A stretch of 63,645 bases of DNA, the filler included, from Globobulimina sp. (Eukaryota), in NCBI GenBank assembly GCA_003354225.1. It is 42 parts of 42 records of this genome, joined end to end, with 100 filler letters (N's around TTAATTAATTAA, not from the genome) between each part and the next. Parts side by side here need not be neighbours in the genome. Positions count along the whole stretch, not along the records: positions 34,923 to 36,339 come from PIVH01017001.1; positions 36,440 to 37,856 come from PIVH01017002.1; positions 37,957 to 39,373 come from PIVH01017003.1; positions 39,474 to 40,890 come from PIVH01017004.1; positions 40,991 to 42,407 come from PIVH01017005.1; positions 42,508 to 43,924 come from PIVH01017006.1; positions 44,025 to 45,441 come from PIVH01017007.1; positions 45,542 to 46,958 come from PIVH01017008.1; 34 more parts are not named here. The stretch is one strand, 5' to 3'. The notes under the pieces were generated by a model, which did not search any database, had not been told where the DNA came from, and saw only the letters and a list, made by a program, of their open reading frames with translations. The translations under genes and the position numbers were made by a program. This document shows positions 35,593-47,910 of this stretch, in pieces. Within the stretch, counting starts at the first letter, position 1. Each line of letters begins with the position of its first letter.

Positions 35593-36339
35593 ATGATATC
35601 ACTACAAGAATACAGTATATCTGGTACGATTTCAGAGAGATATGCTGTTTTATCCTATTTGTTTAAGTTTGAAAACGAAAGTAATGACCATTCAAGTAAA
35701 GAATTGAAATTTGATATTACCATTGATCCAAATGCATTTATTTCAAAGTTTAAGGCAGATATTGATGGTGAATTATTTTTTGGAGCAACAAAAGAAAAAG
35801 AAATTGCGCAAAATGAATATTGTGAAGCAAAGGAAAACAATGAAAATGCAATATTAATCTCAAAGCCATACGAAGATATTTCAAATTTATTTCGAATACA
35901 AACTAATATCGATTCCAAATCAAAAATATCATTAACAATAACCATTGAACAGTATCTACAAAAAAAAAGTAATTTGAATGAGTTAAATATTGAGATATTA
36001 AACAATTTTAATCAATATAATATTAAACAGAATTATGATTACATACCATTTAATTTTGCCATATCTGACAAAAGATGCATTTATGACATTGCAATGAGTA
36101 ATGATATTAATATTATAATCGATAAAAAGAAAATGGATAAACTTAATCAAGAATGTGTCATAAATGGCAAAATAAAGTATAAAACATCAAATATCAATGA
36201 ATTAGCATTAAAATACAAAATCAAAGGAGAGCAGAATGATTTTAATGTATTATTTGACAAAAAAAGCAAAACGTTTTGTCACATTATATCCGATACTCAA
36301 AAATCAATGAAAACGATATCTGTGAAGGCGATAATGACG
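35593..36339 (+). CDS. VIT (vault/inter-alpha-trypsin inhibitor) domain protein (3' partial)
   Basis: YSISGTISERYA, PNAFISKFKADIDG, KEKEIAQNEY, LTITIEQYL. Confidence 0.8.
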
Positions 36340-36439
36340 NNNNNNNNNNNNNNNNNNNNNNNNNNNNNNNNNNNNNNNNNNNNTTAATTAATTAANNNNN
36401 NNNNNNNNNNNNNNNNNNNNNNNNNNNNNNNNNNNNNNN

Positions 36440-36963
36440 GCAATGGGAGTATTTTCTACAATGCCAAACATAGTGGTTATAGCACAACCATACCATATGA
36501 TTGACATTGTTAAAGTTAAAGTGATTAACCACGGTTTAAAATTATCCTGGTAGGACAGTTTACAATATTTGAAATTCATATAACTAAAATATATTGCTTT
36601 GATTATAATTTTAATAATACCGACAATATCCATTGCTTCACCCACTATCATTGATTCCATGATGCCAACAAAGAGACCTTCAAAAAATTGTTCTCCTAAA
36701 ATACCAAACAAATATGGTGTTTCAAATTCTGTTGCAAATTCTAATTCTTTTATATTTGTCTCAGGATTTATTGTTTCTTTTTTGTAACACTGAGCTATTA
36801 TTTTCATGATTACACCAATTATCCCTAAAAATGATGCTATTATTATTCCTATGGTCCAACCAAAGCATTTTGGGTAAATCCATGAAGCAAAAAAAAAGTC
36901 TGTTGCAATATCTATGAAATTAATAGAATACTCAATCGATCTTCTATCAAGACATAAACACAT
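36440..36963 (-). CDS. Hypothetical membrane protein (3' partial)
   Basis: Hydrophobic ORF; FIDIATDFFFA segment. Confidence 0.55.
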
Positions 36964-37020
36964 AGTGACATTCAATAAACCATGTTATTTTTGAAAGTAA
37001 GAAAATCATAATTAGAAGAT

Positions 37021-37856
37021 TCATTTTTCTCTTAGTAGAAGCAAATAAATAGCAAATACAGCAACAACATAGATAAACAAGATTAATTGTCTATAGTCTA
37101 AATGAACAAACGGTGCAATTGGATGTTTTTTAGCAAAAACGATTGTTTCTGTTTCATTTGCTATGTGTAACTCTTTGATAAGTTTAGCAAACACGTCCGA
37201 ACAACCCAATGTCCAACCAATTAGTACCAAAAATGGAGCGACCACAGAAACATAATGATATCTATCGATCATCAAAAAGATAGCAAGTGCTGGCATTACA
37301 ATGACAGTTATGAGAATGGACCATTTTAAACTCCAATGATTATCGGAATTGAATGAGGTTAAACACATTTGATATTTATTTAATATATTTATATATTTCC
37401 TATCTGGTCTTTGAAGTTGAACTGTTTGAGTTAATTGGAACAAATATAAATCGAATTTTGCACAGATTATATTTTCAATCACAACCGAAATATACAATGG
37501 CCACAACAAAAATATGTACTTACAACATATAGAAAAATAACTATGAGAGTATTTTATTTGTGATAACATACAGAAAAAATCCCACATTACGACAATTACA
37601 ATATAAGTTAAATTCAAATATTTTATTACCTTTATTGTTATATTAATCTTTGGATGATACTCGACGTGGATTCCATTTATGAATGCATTCCAAGGAAAAT
37701 CAAATACAAAATATAAATAATATAACAATAATATTCGTGAGAATACCAATAAACATTGTAAACCAAGATAAGTAATCATAAATGGCTGCGATTCAGGAAC
37801 ATTCTGAATTGTATCATGGATGCTTAAGAACAATGATAACAGGATTATAATGAATG
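37021..37856 (-). CDS. Hypothetical multi-pass membrane protein (5' partial)
   Basis: Over 270 codons open with several TM segments. Confidence 0.6.
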
Positions 37857-38013
37857 NNNNNNNNNNNNNNNNNNNNNNNNNNNNNNNNNNNNNNNNNNNN
37901 TTAATTAATTAANNNNNNNNNNNNNNNNNNNNNNNNNNNNNNNNNNNNNNNNNNNNTTATTTATACGCAAATTCGCATAAAATGTAGTTAATATACCCCC
38001 TTATATGTAATAG

Positions 38014-39330
38014 GTAGCCAAAATCTTACAAAATTTATCCAATGGTGTCGAATTTCGCGATAAATTTATGCATCGTTTGTCTAAATTTATAGAGAAGCAT
38101 CGCGAGGACATCCAGACCTATTTCGCGCGTTTGATTGATGTGGACTCATTATCTGATCGCATGGACGTGGACAATTTATTAGAACATACGCGGCGGAGAG
38201 ATTATACCATTCAGATCTCGTTTAACCAGATCTTTTTGACGCATCGCTTATTGTTGAAGCATCGGAAGGAGTGGAACCCACATAACAACCCCGACGACCC
38301 TGTACTTAAAAAATTAGCACAGTTAGGACCGGCGCCGGATAACTTAAAACATTCTGAGAATCACCCCATTAATATGCGCTTATCTGACGACGCCATCACC
38401 AATGACGACGACGATGAGCACAAACAAGATATGGGCCTCAACAACGCCAAAGTGAGTGTAAATAATATAGCAACGACTTTGAATAAATTAGCCAGCAAAG
38501 ATCCGTTTGTAAATAATATTCGTAATCGGATACGCTCCATCTTATTGAACGAAGCAGTCCCGGCCATGTTTTTAGATCAATATAGGAATTCATTGAAAGC
38601 ATTTTTATATCACGTACGGGATTGGGCGCGCAACCACGGAAATATTAAAGTATTGACCGACACAGAAGCCGCGATCAGTGGCATCAATAAGTACATCACC
38701 ACACAGCAAGGGGCGCAGGTCAACGATTCGCAGAGTTTTAACAATTTCTTAGTTGTGTATACCAATGAGATCCGAGAGATGAAGCGGAGAGCGGATAGGT
38801 TCCATTTAAAAGTGATTGCGGTGGCCAAGGCGAGAGATACTATCATTGATCACGCCAATTACTTGCAGACCAAATTGCAATATTACCAGAAATATTTAGA
38901 GAATGTAAAATATAATCATATCGATGGCGGCACGCATAGCAAAAAACCGTACGGCGGCAAGAAGAAGAAGAAGAAGGACAATCCATACGGCAAAGCCGTG
39001 AAATGTAGCCATAAAGAGTTGGTTAAACAGAATGTGATCGTCGATGTGGATGAGCAGGTTTTGAAGCAAACCAAGGCGAATTTTAATAATTTAGTGTATT
39101 ATTTTCGTCAGATTGGGCCGGATGAGTTTGAGGTTGAGGTGAAATATCGAGTCGGGTTTGGGGCCAAAATATCTCCCTTTCCCGAGCCGTTTCATTTATC
39201 TTTGAGTAAGTTATTAGAAATGAGGGATACACATCAATCGCGATATCAATTGGAGATGGTGACACTTCAAGTAAATCTTTTAATTAATTTGTTAAATAAA
39301 TCCTTTGTTAAAAAGAAAAAAGATCAATAA
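38014..39330 (+). CDS. RasGAP/IQGAP-related protein, last exon (RasGAP_C)
   Basis: After an AG acceptor: VAKILQNLSNGVEF; TIIDHANYLQTKLQYYQKYLENV; SHKELVKQNVIV; LSKLLEM..VNLLINLLNKSF. Confidence 0.88.
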   Translation, partial: VAKILQNLSNGVEFRDKFMHRLSKFIEKHREDIQTYFARLIDVDSLSDRMDVDNLLEHTRRRDYTIQISFNQIFLTHRLLLKHRKEWNPHNNPDDPVLKKLAQLGPAPDNLKHSENHPINMRLSDDAITNDDDDEHKQDMGLNNAKVSVNNIATTLNKLASKDPFVNNIRNRIRSILLNEAVPAMFLDQYRNSLKAFLYHVRDWARNHGNIKVLTDTEAAISGINKYITTQQGAQVNDSQSFNNFLVVYTNEIREMKRRADRFHLKVIAVAKARDTIIDHANYLQTKLQYYQKYLENVKYNHIDGGTHSKKPYGGKKKKKKDNPYGKAVKCSHKELVKQNVIVDVDEQVLKQTKANFNNLVYYFRQIGPDEFEVEVKYRVGFGAKISPFPEPFHLSLSKLLEMRDTHQSRYQLEMVTLQVNLLINLLNKSFVKKKKDQ

Positions 39331-39779
39331 ATATTATATACATACTTCTTTAATAGTTCTTAAAAAAAAATCCNNNNNNNNNNNNNNNNNNNNNNNNNNN
39401 NNNNNNNNNNNNNNNNNTTAATTAATTAANNNNNNNNNNNNNNNNNNNNNNNNNNNNNNNNNNNNNNNNNNNNAACTTCAAAAAAACATAGAGTTTTCCT
39501 ATTTGACCTTGATTTTTCTCATGTTCGGAAAACATTAACTGTGCGTAGTAGAAATGGAATTAATATTTGTTTTCCAGTTTTTGTAATATTATGTGCATAA
39601 TATTACTTCCGTAATATTTCGATCGTAATATTACAGCTCTAATATTATAATATACGAATCCACAATCTTAAACCAGTGTATTTTCACTTTTCTAGTGGAA
39701 TTTGAAAAGTTCATTAAAAAAAAATCCCCTTTGTGGAATCAATGCTGCAGCAGTTTTGTAGTAATTTTGTGATCGATCA

Positions 39780-39947
39780 TTTTAAGCAGTCTTTTGTAGA
39801 ACATCTACAAGATAAAGAGGTAATCAATTGGGTCCTTATTGCAATTACCAATCCAAAAGAGTCAACGCAATTTCCCAACTGAGGTTTGCCGGCTTTGTCA
39901 GTTGTTTCATCCTTAGCAAACATCATTGTCTGCTTAGTTAACGTTGC
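39780..39947 (-). mobile_element. Possible hAT transposase relic
   Basis: Minus frame TMMFAKDETTDKAGKPQLG resembles the hAT DE(S/T)TD..QL motif; surrounding frame is broken. Confidence 0.35.
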
Positions 39948-40701
39948 CCTTCGTTATGGGTAAACCACACCATAACTTCAAAAGGAGAATCTTGTGTCAA
40001 TTTCTAAACTGCTTTTTTTTATTTGTTTCTGTTTTGTTACTATTATTTTCGAAACATATAAAGGACTCTGTTTTTACTTTTTAATATTCATGGGATGGTC
40101 AGTTGTGCCAACATGATCCATATGAATATGTGAGTGATGGATCTCTCAAGGGATCTCTCAATATTGCCCATCAAACATATCTTATCTGTGGACCATTTTG
40201 ATAGATCTAACGATATACAGTGATGTATCGGATAAGATGCAGACGCTATGATCAAAATATTGGTATGATCAAATATTACTGGACGAACTTTTCCATACAA
40301 TGGTATGATCATACACATATTTTACGTGTAAATCTGACATATTTTGCTCATATCATAGTCTTACTCACAGTGTAAAAAGTACACTTTCCTTTAGGGTAAT
40401 TTGCAAGACTCACTAGACAAAACCACATTACGCTAACTCGGGCGAGTCGCTAGCATATGCTGTATGCTTTTTTGTGGTGTATGTAGTCATATGTATATAT
40501 GTAGTCATATGTTTTACATTTTTATAGCACCGTTAGATTTATACAATACAACAAAACAAATATGATTATACATATCTTGATATATCCAGCTACTCATAAA
40601 AAAAAGTTGAGTTCATTTAGAAACATAGGGATAAACTATATGTAGTTTTGGATTTGTTTACTCTAATAATATATATATGAAAGGAAGAAGGAACTACACA
40701 A

Positions 40702-40792
40702 GAAACTACAATAAGAACCTACACTGAGAAACTACAATAAGACCCTGCACTAAGACGCTGCCCTACGAAACTGCACTAAGACCCCACACTGC
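40702..40792 (+). repeat. Degenerate 13-nt minisatellite, 7 units (gaaactacaataa-like)
   Basis: Units read directly at 13-nt period. Confidence 0.75.
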
Positions 40793-40807
40793 ATATATGG
40801 AGGCATA

Positions 40808-40890
40808 GATAGGAGTCATAGATTGGAGTCATAGATTGGAGTCATAGATTGGAGTCATAGATTGGAGTCATAGATTGGAGTCATAGATTG
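40808..40890 (+). repeat. Near-perfect 13-nt tandem repeat (gattggagtcata)n running into the contig end
   Basis: About 6 copies, no spacers. Confidence 0.95.
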
Positions 40891-40990
40891 NNNNNNNNNN
40901 NNNNNNNNNNNNNNNNNNNNNNNNNNNNNNNNNNTTAATTAATTAANNNNNNNNNNNNNNNNNNNNNNNNNNNNNNNNNNNNNNNNNNNN

Positions 40991-41769
40991 CATAGCGAGG
41001 TCTTGCCGGTGCCGGGAGGCCCATGGAATAGAATTAAACCATTATAGGAGATGAGGTTTCGATCAATCGAATTACTGCCATACATTGAAACTATTCGCAT
41101 GTAATTTAATAAGCGATCCTTTAAATTGTCGGAAAAAATTAAACTGTTTTTTTTTGTTTGTTTGGTTGGTTTAAATTTGGAATAGGATGGGAACATAAAA
41201 TATTTTTTTTTATGAAAAAAGACCGAAACGTACCTTTCAAATAAACCATCAAATTGAATATTTGGGAGAGTGAATGTATTGGCAACGTGTACTTGATCCA
41301 CACTGGTTTCGTCGTCGATTTCTTCAATCAGTCCCTCGGTGTTGTTGCGAAAGATATATATTAATATTTCTGCTTCGGTTACGAGTATTACATCGTTGTT
41401 TTTCATAGAGATTTGAATGTATTCGATATGTTTTGATAATGAATCGGGTAAATCTAATTTTCCTGGGAAAAATCGGATTAATTTGGATTGAATTCGAAAA
41501 TCGTTGAATAATTTTCTGATTTGTTTGTTGTGTCGTATTCTCGAACCATTCTTAACACATATTTCAACTTTTTTGAATTGTTTTTTTTTGTATGATTGGT
41601 TTGGTTTTATTTGTGTTGAATTGGCCGAGGATAGAAATTAACTGTGAACAGGTGTTGGTTGTTTGGGATTGGAAACGGATTCGTTTGATGAGAAATCTGT
41701 GAAATCTGATTTTGAATCAGTTGGATTGTCAGTCATTGTGATGTCCATTGGCAAGTTGGAAGTTGTCAT
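40991..41769 (-). CDS. PCH2: Pachytene checkpoint 2 / TRIP13 AAA ATPase (spliced, 3' partial)
   Basis: Exons 41769-41643, 41567-41234, 41143-40991; PVHIEI, LPNIQFDGLFESLIF, NLISYNGLILFHGPPGTGKTSL. Confidence 0.9.
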
Positions 41770-41857
41770 GGAAAAAGAGTTTGGAAGTTTTTTGCTGATA
41801 TTAGTTAGTAGAAATCAAATCTTCTTTCCACCTCTCATTTGTACAATAATCACCACC

Positions 41858-42373
41858 ATGTCAGGACCTTTTTTCTGCCGACCAATTGAAAGTCTCACAC
41901 CAATATTATCATATCCAAACAGTAGTGCTAATCAAACAAAATGTACATCCGGAGAGATTTGCAACGATGAAGGTAGGAAGATATATTTAAGAGAGAAATT
42001 ATTGGGACAAGGAACATATGGAATGGTATATTTAGCAAAAAAGATTGCAACCAAACAAATGGTTGTCATTAAACAAATGAAAAGATTTGACGACGAGGAT
42101 CCAGGTTTATCGTCGACTATGTTGCGAGAAGCATCAATATTAAACAGTTTACGACATAAACATATCGTAGAAATCAAAGATATATTTTGGACGTCTGATA
42201 AACAATTTTGTTTAGTTTTTGAACTGTGTCAAATGGATTTAAATCAATATATTGATCGAGAAACAAATGCAAATAAAAAAATTAAACTATCATTAATTAA
42301 GAAATGGTCGTATCAAATGATTAGTGGTATTTGCCACATGCATTCACGACGAATATTACACAGAGATTTGAAG
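41858..42373 (+). CDS. Cyclin-dependent kinase, first exon (3' partial)
   Basis: LGQGTYGMVY, GLSSTMLREASIL (PSTAIRE variant), LVFELCQMDL, HRDLK then gtatgg donor. Confidence 0.9.
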
Positions 42374-42826
42374 GTATGGTATATTATAAATCATTATTTT
42401 AACATAGNNNNNNNNNNNNNNNNNNNNNNNNNNNNNNNNNNNNNNNNNNNNTTAATTAATTAANNNNNNNNNNNNNNNNNNNNNNNNNNNNNNNNNNNNN
42501 NNNNNNNCAAAAAGGGGGATTAACAAAGATGATAGATTAGATTTTACGATTTTTATAAAGCAAAAATGCCTAGTGACTTCAACGAAAAGTAGTAAGGTTT
42601 CGTTTTAAAATGCAAGTCTTCAGTTGTGTTTTTTTATCTTAAAATGACAAGTTTTTTACTTAAATAGGGTAAAAGAACCGTAAAACCACAAAATATCAAA
42701 TATGAAATGTTATTATCTATGCATCGCGTGGTACCATCAACTTTTGAACTAGCTGTTCAAATCAAGTTTATTTTGACAAAGTTTCATTGGATTTTGATAA
42801 ATTTATGAAGTAATAACGATAAATTT

Positions 42827-43438
42827 ATGAATTATATCACATTTAATTTATGTAATAAAATCACAGAAAATAATATTGAAAACTATAATAAATTAAATCC
42901 TGAGAGAGACTTTAAAATATTATTTGAGCAAAATAGAGATTGGTCATTTGAAAATGATAAATCATTGGTGTTAGGATTGCATCCTGAAAGAGATGCCGGT
43001 ACGATATCATTCACGCAACAAACAAATGAAAAAATTGAAGTGTTTTTACATAAAAATCCATCATCAAAAAAGTCAGCATATGCTCATTGGTTAAAAAAAT
43101 TAGTATCAATACAAACACAAAAATCTGTATTAAAAAATATCAATGCGAGAATTGATGGGTGTATAGATAGCAATATTTCATTATTATCACGATTCAAAGC
43201 AACTCTCTGTGGATTAGAATATGATACAAACTCAACAAATGATAGTATACTAAATCAAATACAATTAGGCCGATTGAGATCTGTTTTAACACATATTATT
43301 GAAGAGGAACAAATAGCATCATTATCAATCATAATATCAAGGATTATATCAAAACTCGGGTCACCAAATAATATATCAAATCATAATCAAAATAAAATTG
43401 ATGACACTGATACAGACAGTGAATTATCATCATCTTAA
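42827..43438 (+). CDS. Hypothetical protein (5' end disturbed by a short duplication)
   Basis: 203-aa ORF; gataaatttatgaa is duplicated at 42796 and 42818. Confidence 0.5.
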   Translation: MNYITFNLCNKITENNIENYNKLNPERDFKILFEQNRDWSFENDKSLVLGLHPERDAGTISFTQQTNEKIEVFLHKNPSSKKSAYAHWLKKLVSIQTQKSVLKNINARIDGCIDSNISLLSRFKATLCGLEYDTNSTNDSILNQIQLGRLRSVLTHIIEEEQIASLSIIISRIISKLGSPNNISNHNQNKIDDTDTDSELSSS

Positions 43439-44097
43439 AATTAACTTTGTTGATATTTAATATTTAATACTTGCAAAAAATTGGGAAGTTGTTTTTTTTG
43501 ATTTTTTTTAGAACAAAATTTGACAAAAGTCGTTTTTTTGGAAATTTTTTAGATGAAAATTGAGCAAAAGTTGTTTTTTTCTTTTTTTTTTTCACGTAGG
43601 CATACTGTTACTATGCACTATAAACCTGATCAATGTAACGGTCTCGAAAAAAACTTAGTTGGACATTCTCTAATCGCAGTTTCCACATTATCTGTTAACA
43701 ACCTCGCATCTAAAAACTCGCGTGTCTTCATCCTTACTAAGTGACGGCAAGAGATATAACCAGAGAAGCATCCACAAGATCACCTCTTCAATAATGTCTC
43801 CAACTCGTTTTACAGCACATTTAGCTTTGTTTTGGGTAATATTAGGTCACATTGCAGTAAATGTAAATGAAGCATTTGAATCTTATGAAGAAGCATCCAT
43901 TTTTGCAGATAAAACAGTTCAAACNNNNNNNNNNNNNNNNNNNNNNNNNNNNNNNNNNNNNNNNNNNNTTAATTAATTAANNNNNNNNNNNNNNNNNNNN
44001 NNNNNNNNNNNNNNNNNNNNNNNNTTTCCCCATATCAACCAGTAGCTTTTCATCATCTACCAATAGAATTTTTTCATCTCCATTTAGTTGAGCTATA

Positions 44098-45441
44098 GAT
44101 ATTGTTTCCATATTTAAACCAGCAGCAAAGGACAATAATCGATTGCAAATTGGTGATATTATACGGACATTGTCGTTATTATTAGATTGGGATATTCACT
44201 CCACACTATTTAATAATTTATTCATTGAGAATTTCGAGAAATATTTGTCATCCGTAAACTATAATAATTGTAATAATAATCCCAATAAAAATGATGATTT
44301 CTATAATTTATTATTAATTAAAGATATTAAACCATGTTTTGGCTTTGTCGGTGATTACCAATCCATGACAATGCTGTTTCCAATCTGTTCCAACAACGGC
44401 GGCAAATGGAAGATGCAAAGCAAATTTACGTCGAGCTACATGTTGGCAATTAGTGCATTATGTGCTTGGTTGCGAAAACAAATCGAATCTAATATGAAAA
44501 AAGAAATAAAAACGGATATTAATCTGAATATTCTCCAATTTATAAAAAACGAATTGGTGCATTTCTACTCAGTTTTATTGCCATCAGATTTATCCGGTTT
44601 TGTCGAACCATCTCAAAATATGATATCCCGCAGTTGCTTGTCCTCCACATCCGCACTGCGCAAAACCGCTCGTGTTTTATTGGAAAATATGGTGAAGCGA
44701 ATGTTACCAAATGAGAAAGAAAAAATTGTCACCAAATGGAAGAATAAATGTATGTTGAAACTCAAAAATGGCTACAAAAATGGCTATGTTTATAGGAAAA
44801 TAAGTGATAAAAGAATACCATTTTATGTGTTATTCAATGCGATCATTTTGTGTATGATACAGATTGATAACAACAATAATAAGATGGATAAAACTGTGGC
44901 ATTGTCCGTGATCGAGATATTAATTGGTACCTTACGCGAGACAGTGCATCATAAATGTGACGAGATCAAGAAATCGCTCTGTTGCTATTATTTAGGCCGA
45001 ATCATTGGTTCTTGGTTTAATTTGATGGCGCAATCGGATGAGAACATATTTGTATCGCTATTAAATATTTTATTAACTTTGTGTTCAGATTATGACGATC
45101 TAAAAAATAAAAATGGAAATATTTTGTCTGAATCAGCCATGTTTTGTTTAATTGAATGCGGTGCAGCATCGACACAAATATTTGTTAAAGTGATGGGTTT
45201 GCAATCTTTACAAATATCGAAAAGAGGGCGACACTCAAAAGCATTGCAAGCAATACAACGCTTAATTTATGCGTATCCATTGTCGATATTAAAATATGTC
45301 GCATTTACCATAAATACCATCATCAAATGTTTAGATCCCGCATCACCGCAAAAAAGGAAAATATTATTAAAATCTACGACATCTACGTTACATGCATTGA
45401 TTCATAAATTTCCAAACTGTTCCTTTCATGCAGACACACAG
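44098..45441 (+). CDS. WDR7: WDR7/rabconnectin-3beta-like protein, internal part
   Basis: LSLLLDWDI and IIKCLDPASPQKRKILLKSTTSTLHALIHKFPNCSFHADTQ match the segment before the C-terminal WD propeller. Confidence 0.75.
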
Positions 45442-45543
45442 NNNNNNNNNNNNNNNNNNNNNNNNNNNNNNNNNNNNNNNNNNNNTTAATTAATTAANNN
45501 NNNNNNNNNNNNNNNNNNNNNNNNNNNNNNNNNNNNNNNNNAT

Positions 45544-46533
45544 GAAAAGTATACAATTGCCTTGGAAAGCGACAACTCTGACGAAAATACGGCAATTATT
45601 GATGTTGAATTCTACGATATTGGCATCTATTTTAGACAAAAATACACGAGTATCCTATTGGGATATGGTTATGGGTCCATGGAACTGGAATGCAAAGTGG
45701 ATAGTTGTAGCAGTTTGGAATTTGAGAAAGGTTTTGTTCGGCAAGTTTTTGGACAATTAGGCGTTCTTCTTGTTGGAGACGCATTTTTCCATATTGGTGC
45801 TCATAAAGTGATGGGGGAGAACAGAATTACTGTCAATTCAAGTCACTCGACGTTATCGCTTGACGGTATTTTATTTGCTTTTGGTTCTGTTGCTTTATTT
45901 GCGATTGAGATCGAGTCACAGAAAGGATGCTCGAATGGCGGGGAAACACATGATACATTGACCGGAGCATTGTTAATATTGTTAGCAGCATTGTTTAGTG
46001 GAATGGGTGATGTTGTTTATAGGATTGGAGCGACTAAAACATTTAATAGAGATAAAATATATGGATTACCATTGATATCAACATTTTTCTTCAATGGTTT
46101 GTATGGTTTTGTGATAGCTTCAACATTTTGGGGGATTTTCTATATCGAACCATTTATTATGCCCGATTTGGAAGATATATACTTAATATTTTTAGTGTCA
46201 TTAATTTTAATGATTTCTAATGTTGTGCAGTTTATCTCCATCTCAATGACATCGCCATTTTTTTTAAATGTTTGTCTATTTTTAAAGATACCATTAAGTT
46301 TTATTATTGATATTTTTATTCATGATTACAAATTGGGATTGTATTCGACATGCGGGGGATTATCAGTGATTATCGGCTTTTTAATGTTAGAAGTTGTCGA
46401 TCCACCAAAATGCTGTGGGAAATGCAAAAACATCCTGGAATACCCATGGTTTTCAAAGCAAATTGAAAGTGTCAGGAAAAGAACTCAATCATTTAATGTT
46501 GATATTGTCTCAAAATCAAATTCTGACGAATAG
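45544..46533 (+). CDS. DMT/EamA (SLC35F-like) transporter; 5' structure unresolved
   Basis: TLTGALLILLAALFSGMGDVVYR, ISMTSPFFLNVCLFLKIPLSFIID, GGLSVIIGFLM. Confidence 0.75.
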   Translation, partial: EKYTIALESDNSDENTAIIDVEFYDIGIYFRQKYTSILLGYGYGSMELECKVDSCSSLEFEKGFVRQVFGQLGVLLVGDAFFHIGAHKVMGENRITVNSSHSTLSLDGILFAFGSVALFAIEIESQKGCSNGGETHDTLTGALLILLAALFSGMGDVVYRIGATKTFNRDKIYGLPLISTFFFNGLYGFVIASTFWGIFYIEPFIMPDLEDIYLIFLVSLILMISNVVQFISISMTSPFFLNVCLFLKIPLSFIIDIFIHDYKLGLYSTCGGLSVIIGFLMLEVVDPPKCCGKCKNILEYPWFSKQIESVRKRTQSFNVDIVSKSNSDE

Positions 46534-46735
46534 GTGGCCTGATTTGTTTTTGTAAGTATTAATAAGTATGTACAAAATGTAACTGTATTATTTTACGGAC
46601 TACTACATAGCAGCAAGGCTCAAGACGTCACTTTGTTACGTGCTTGACTAGTTATTGTTACGTTCAATAATTAACATGTGAGACCCACTTCGTAGTGCCT
46701 AAGTGAGTGACATAATCTGAATTTTATTAGTAGCC

Positions 46736-46958
46736 ATGGTTAACTGGGAACTTACACTCAATGTGAGAACCTGCTGTAAAGCGGACGCAGACACAGTCAA
46801 TTAGATAATGAGAAAAGCGTGCCATGTGCAACCAAAATGGCGTAATCGTGATTATTGGGCAAATATATTTTCAAACCCATCTTCAAAACGATATGGATAT
46901 GTTATTGAAAAAATTGATGACAAAGGTAATATGTTTGTGCTTGGTTTTGCTATTTACG
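46736..46958 (+). pseudogene. GNAT (RimI-like) acetyltransferase N-terminus with in-frame TAG
   Basis: MVNWELTLNVRTCCKADADTVN*IMRKA..YGYVIE..VLGFAIY; TAG at 46802-46804. Confidence 0.5.
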
Positions 46959-47058
46959 NNNNNNNNNNNNNNNNNNNNNNNNNNNNNNNNNNNNNNNNNN
47001 NNTTAATTAATTAANNNNNNNNNNNNNNNNNNNNNNNNNNNNNNNNNNNNNNNNNNNN

Positions 47059-47910
47059 ATTACTTCTGATACCAATTGCAAAATAGTGTTGGATCTGAGC
47101 CATATAGCTAGCGAGCACCTAAATCAACGAAAAAAACGAATCAAATATGATCCCAAGTCTCAAACGTACAAACATCGTCATTCAGAGCAACAATTACTAG
47201 CACCATCCAGCTCTGCGTCGCATTCAGCGGTGATATCGCGTTCAGTGTTACCACATTCAGTATCTACCAGCGTGCATCAGTCAGCATTCAGCGCACATTC
47301 AGTATCTCAGTCAGAAGATACCTTATCAGCATCCGAATGTTTCTATCTTTTCGATTCCAACTCAAACAATAACAATCGAACCGCGTCCATCGATGACATC
47401 GAAAAGCTCAAGAAACCGCATCCAAACCAAAATAGTACAAATGCAAAGGTCAAATATGAGCTATATTCAGATGAAGACCACGAAGAAATGGCAGAAGAGG
47501 AACTAAACAAACCGAGCTATAGATATTGCATCAAGTTGCCACCCATAACAATACCGATGAGCAAGAAAGCGTATATAAAGCAAGTGGGCCCCACCCTGCT
47601 CCATTTGGACATGATTGACGATGACGGCAGCATCAAACGCCAAGTTATACAGCAATTGAAAGAGAAGCGTCTCAAACGAGAGAAGAGGAGGAAACAAAAG
47701 GTGAAAACGGAAAAATGTTTTGTAGATAAACATAAAAAACATCGTAAACGTTTGCATGATGAGCGAGAGGATGAGGAGGAGAGCAGTTTGAATATCATGC
47801 AAAGGATAAGCAACATGGCGAAGTCATTCATTTTTGAAAACAATCGCGATTTCAATTTGAAGATTCTCGATGTTGACTATTTCCAATGTAAGGTCGATGC
47901 CTATATATAA
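47059..47910 (+). CDS. Hypothetical low-complexity basic protein (5' partial)
   Basis: Long open frame, S-rich and K/R-rich, followed by a T-rich 3' UTR. Confidence 0.65.
   Translation: MTSDTNCKIVLDLSHIASEHLNQRKKRIKYDPKSQTYKHRHSEQQLLAPSSSASHSAVISRSVLPHSVSTSVHQSAFSAHSVSQSEDTLSASECFYLFDSNSNNNNRTASIDDIEKLKKPHPNQNSTNAKVKYELYSDEDHEEMAEEELNKPSYRYCIKLPPITIPMSKKAYIKQVGPTLLHLDMIDDDGSIKRQVIQQLKEKRLKREKRRKQKVKTEKCFVDKHKKHRKRLHDEREDEEESSLNIMQRISNMAKSFIFENNRDFNLKILDVDYFQCKVDAYI

Noticed and set aside
40808-40890. 13-mer array as a telomere
   Set aside because: No G-run or strand bias typical of telomeres; contig ends at repeats are expected from assembly breaks.
41663-41857. N-terminal extension of the CDK ORF from 41663
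   Set aside because: Overlaps PCH2 exon 1 on the other strand; ATG 41858 is the credible start.
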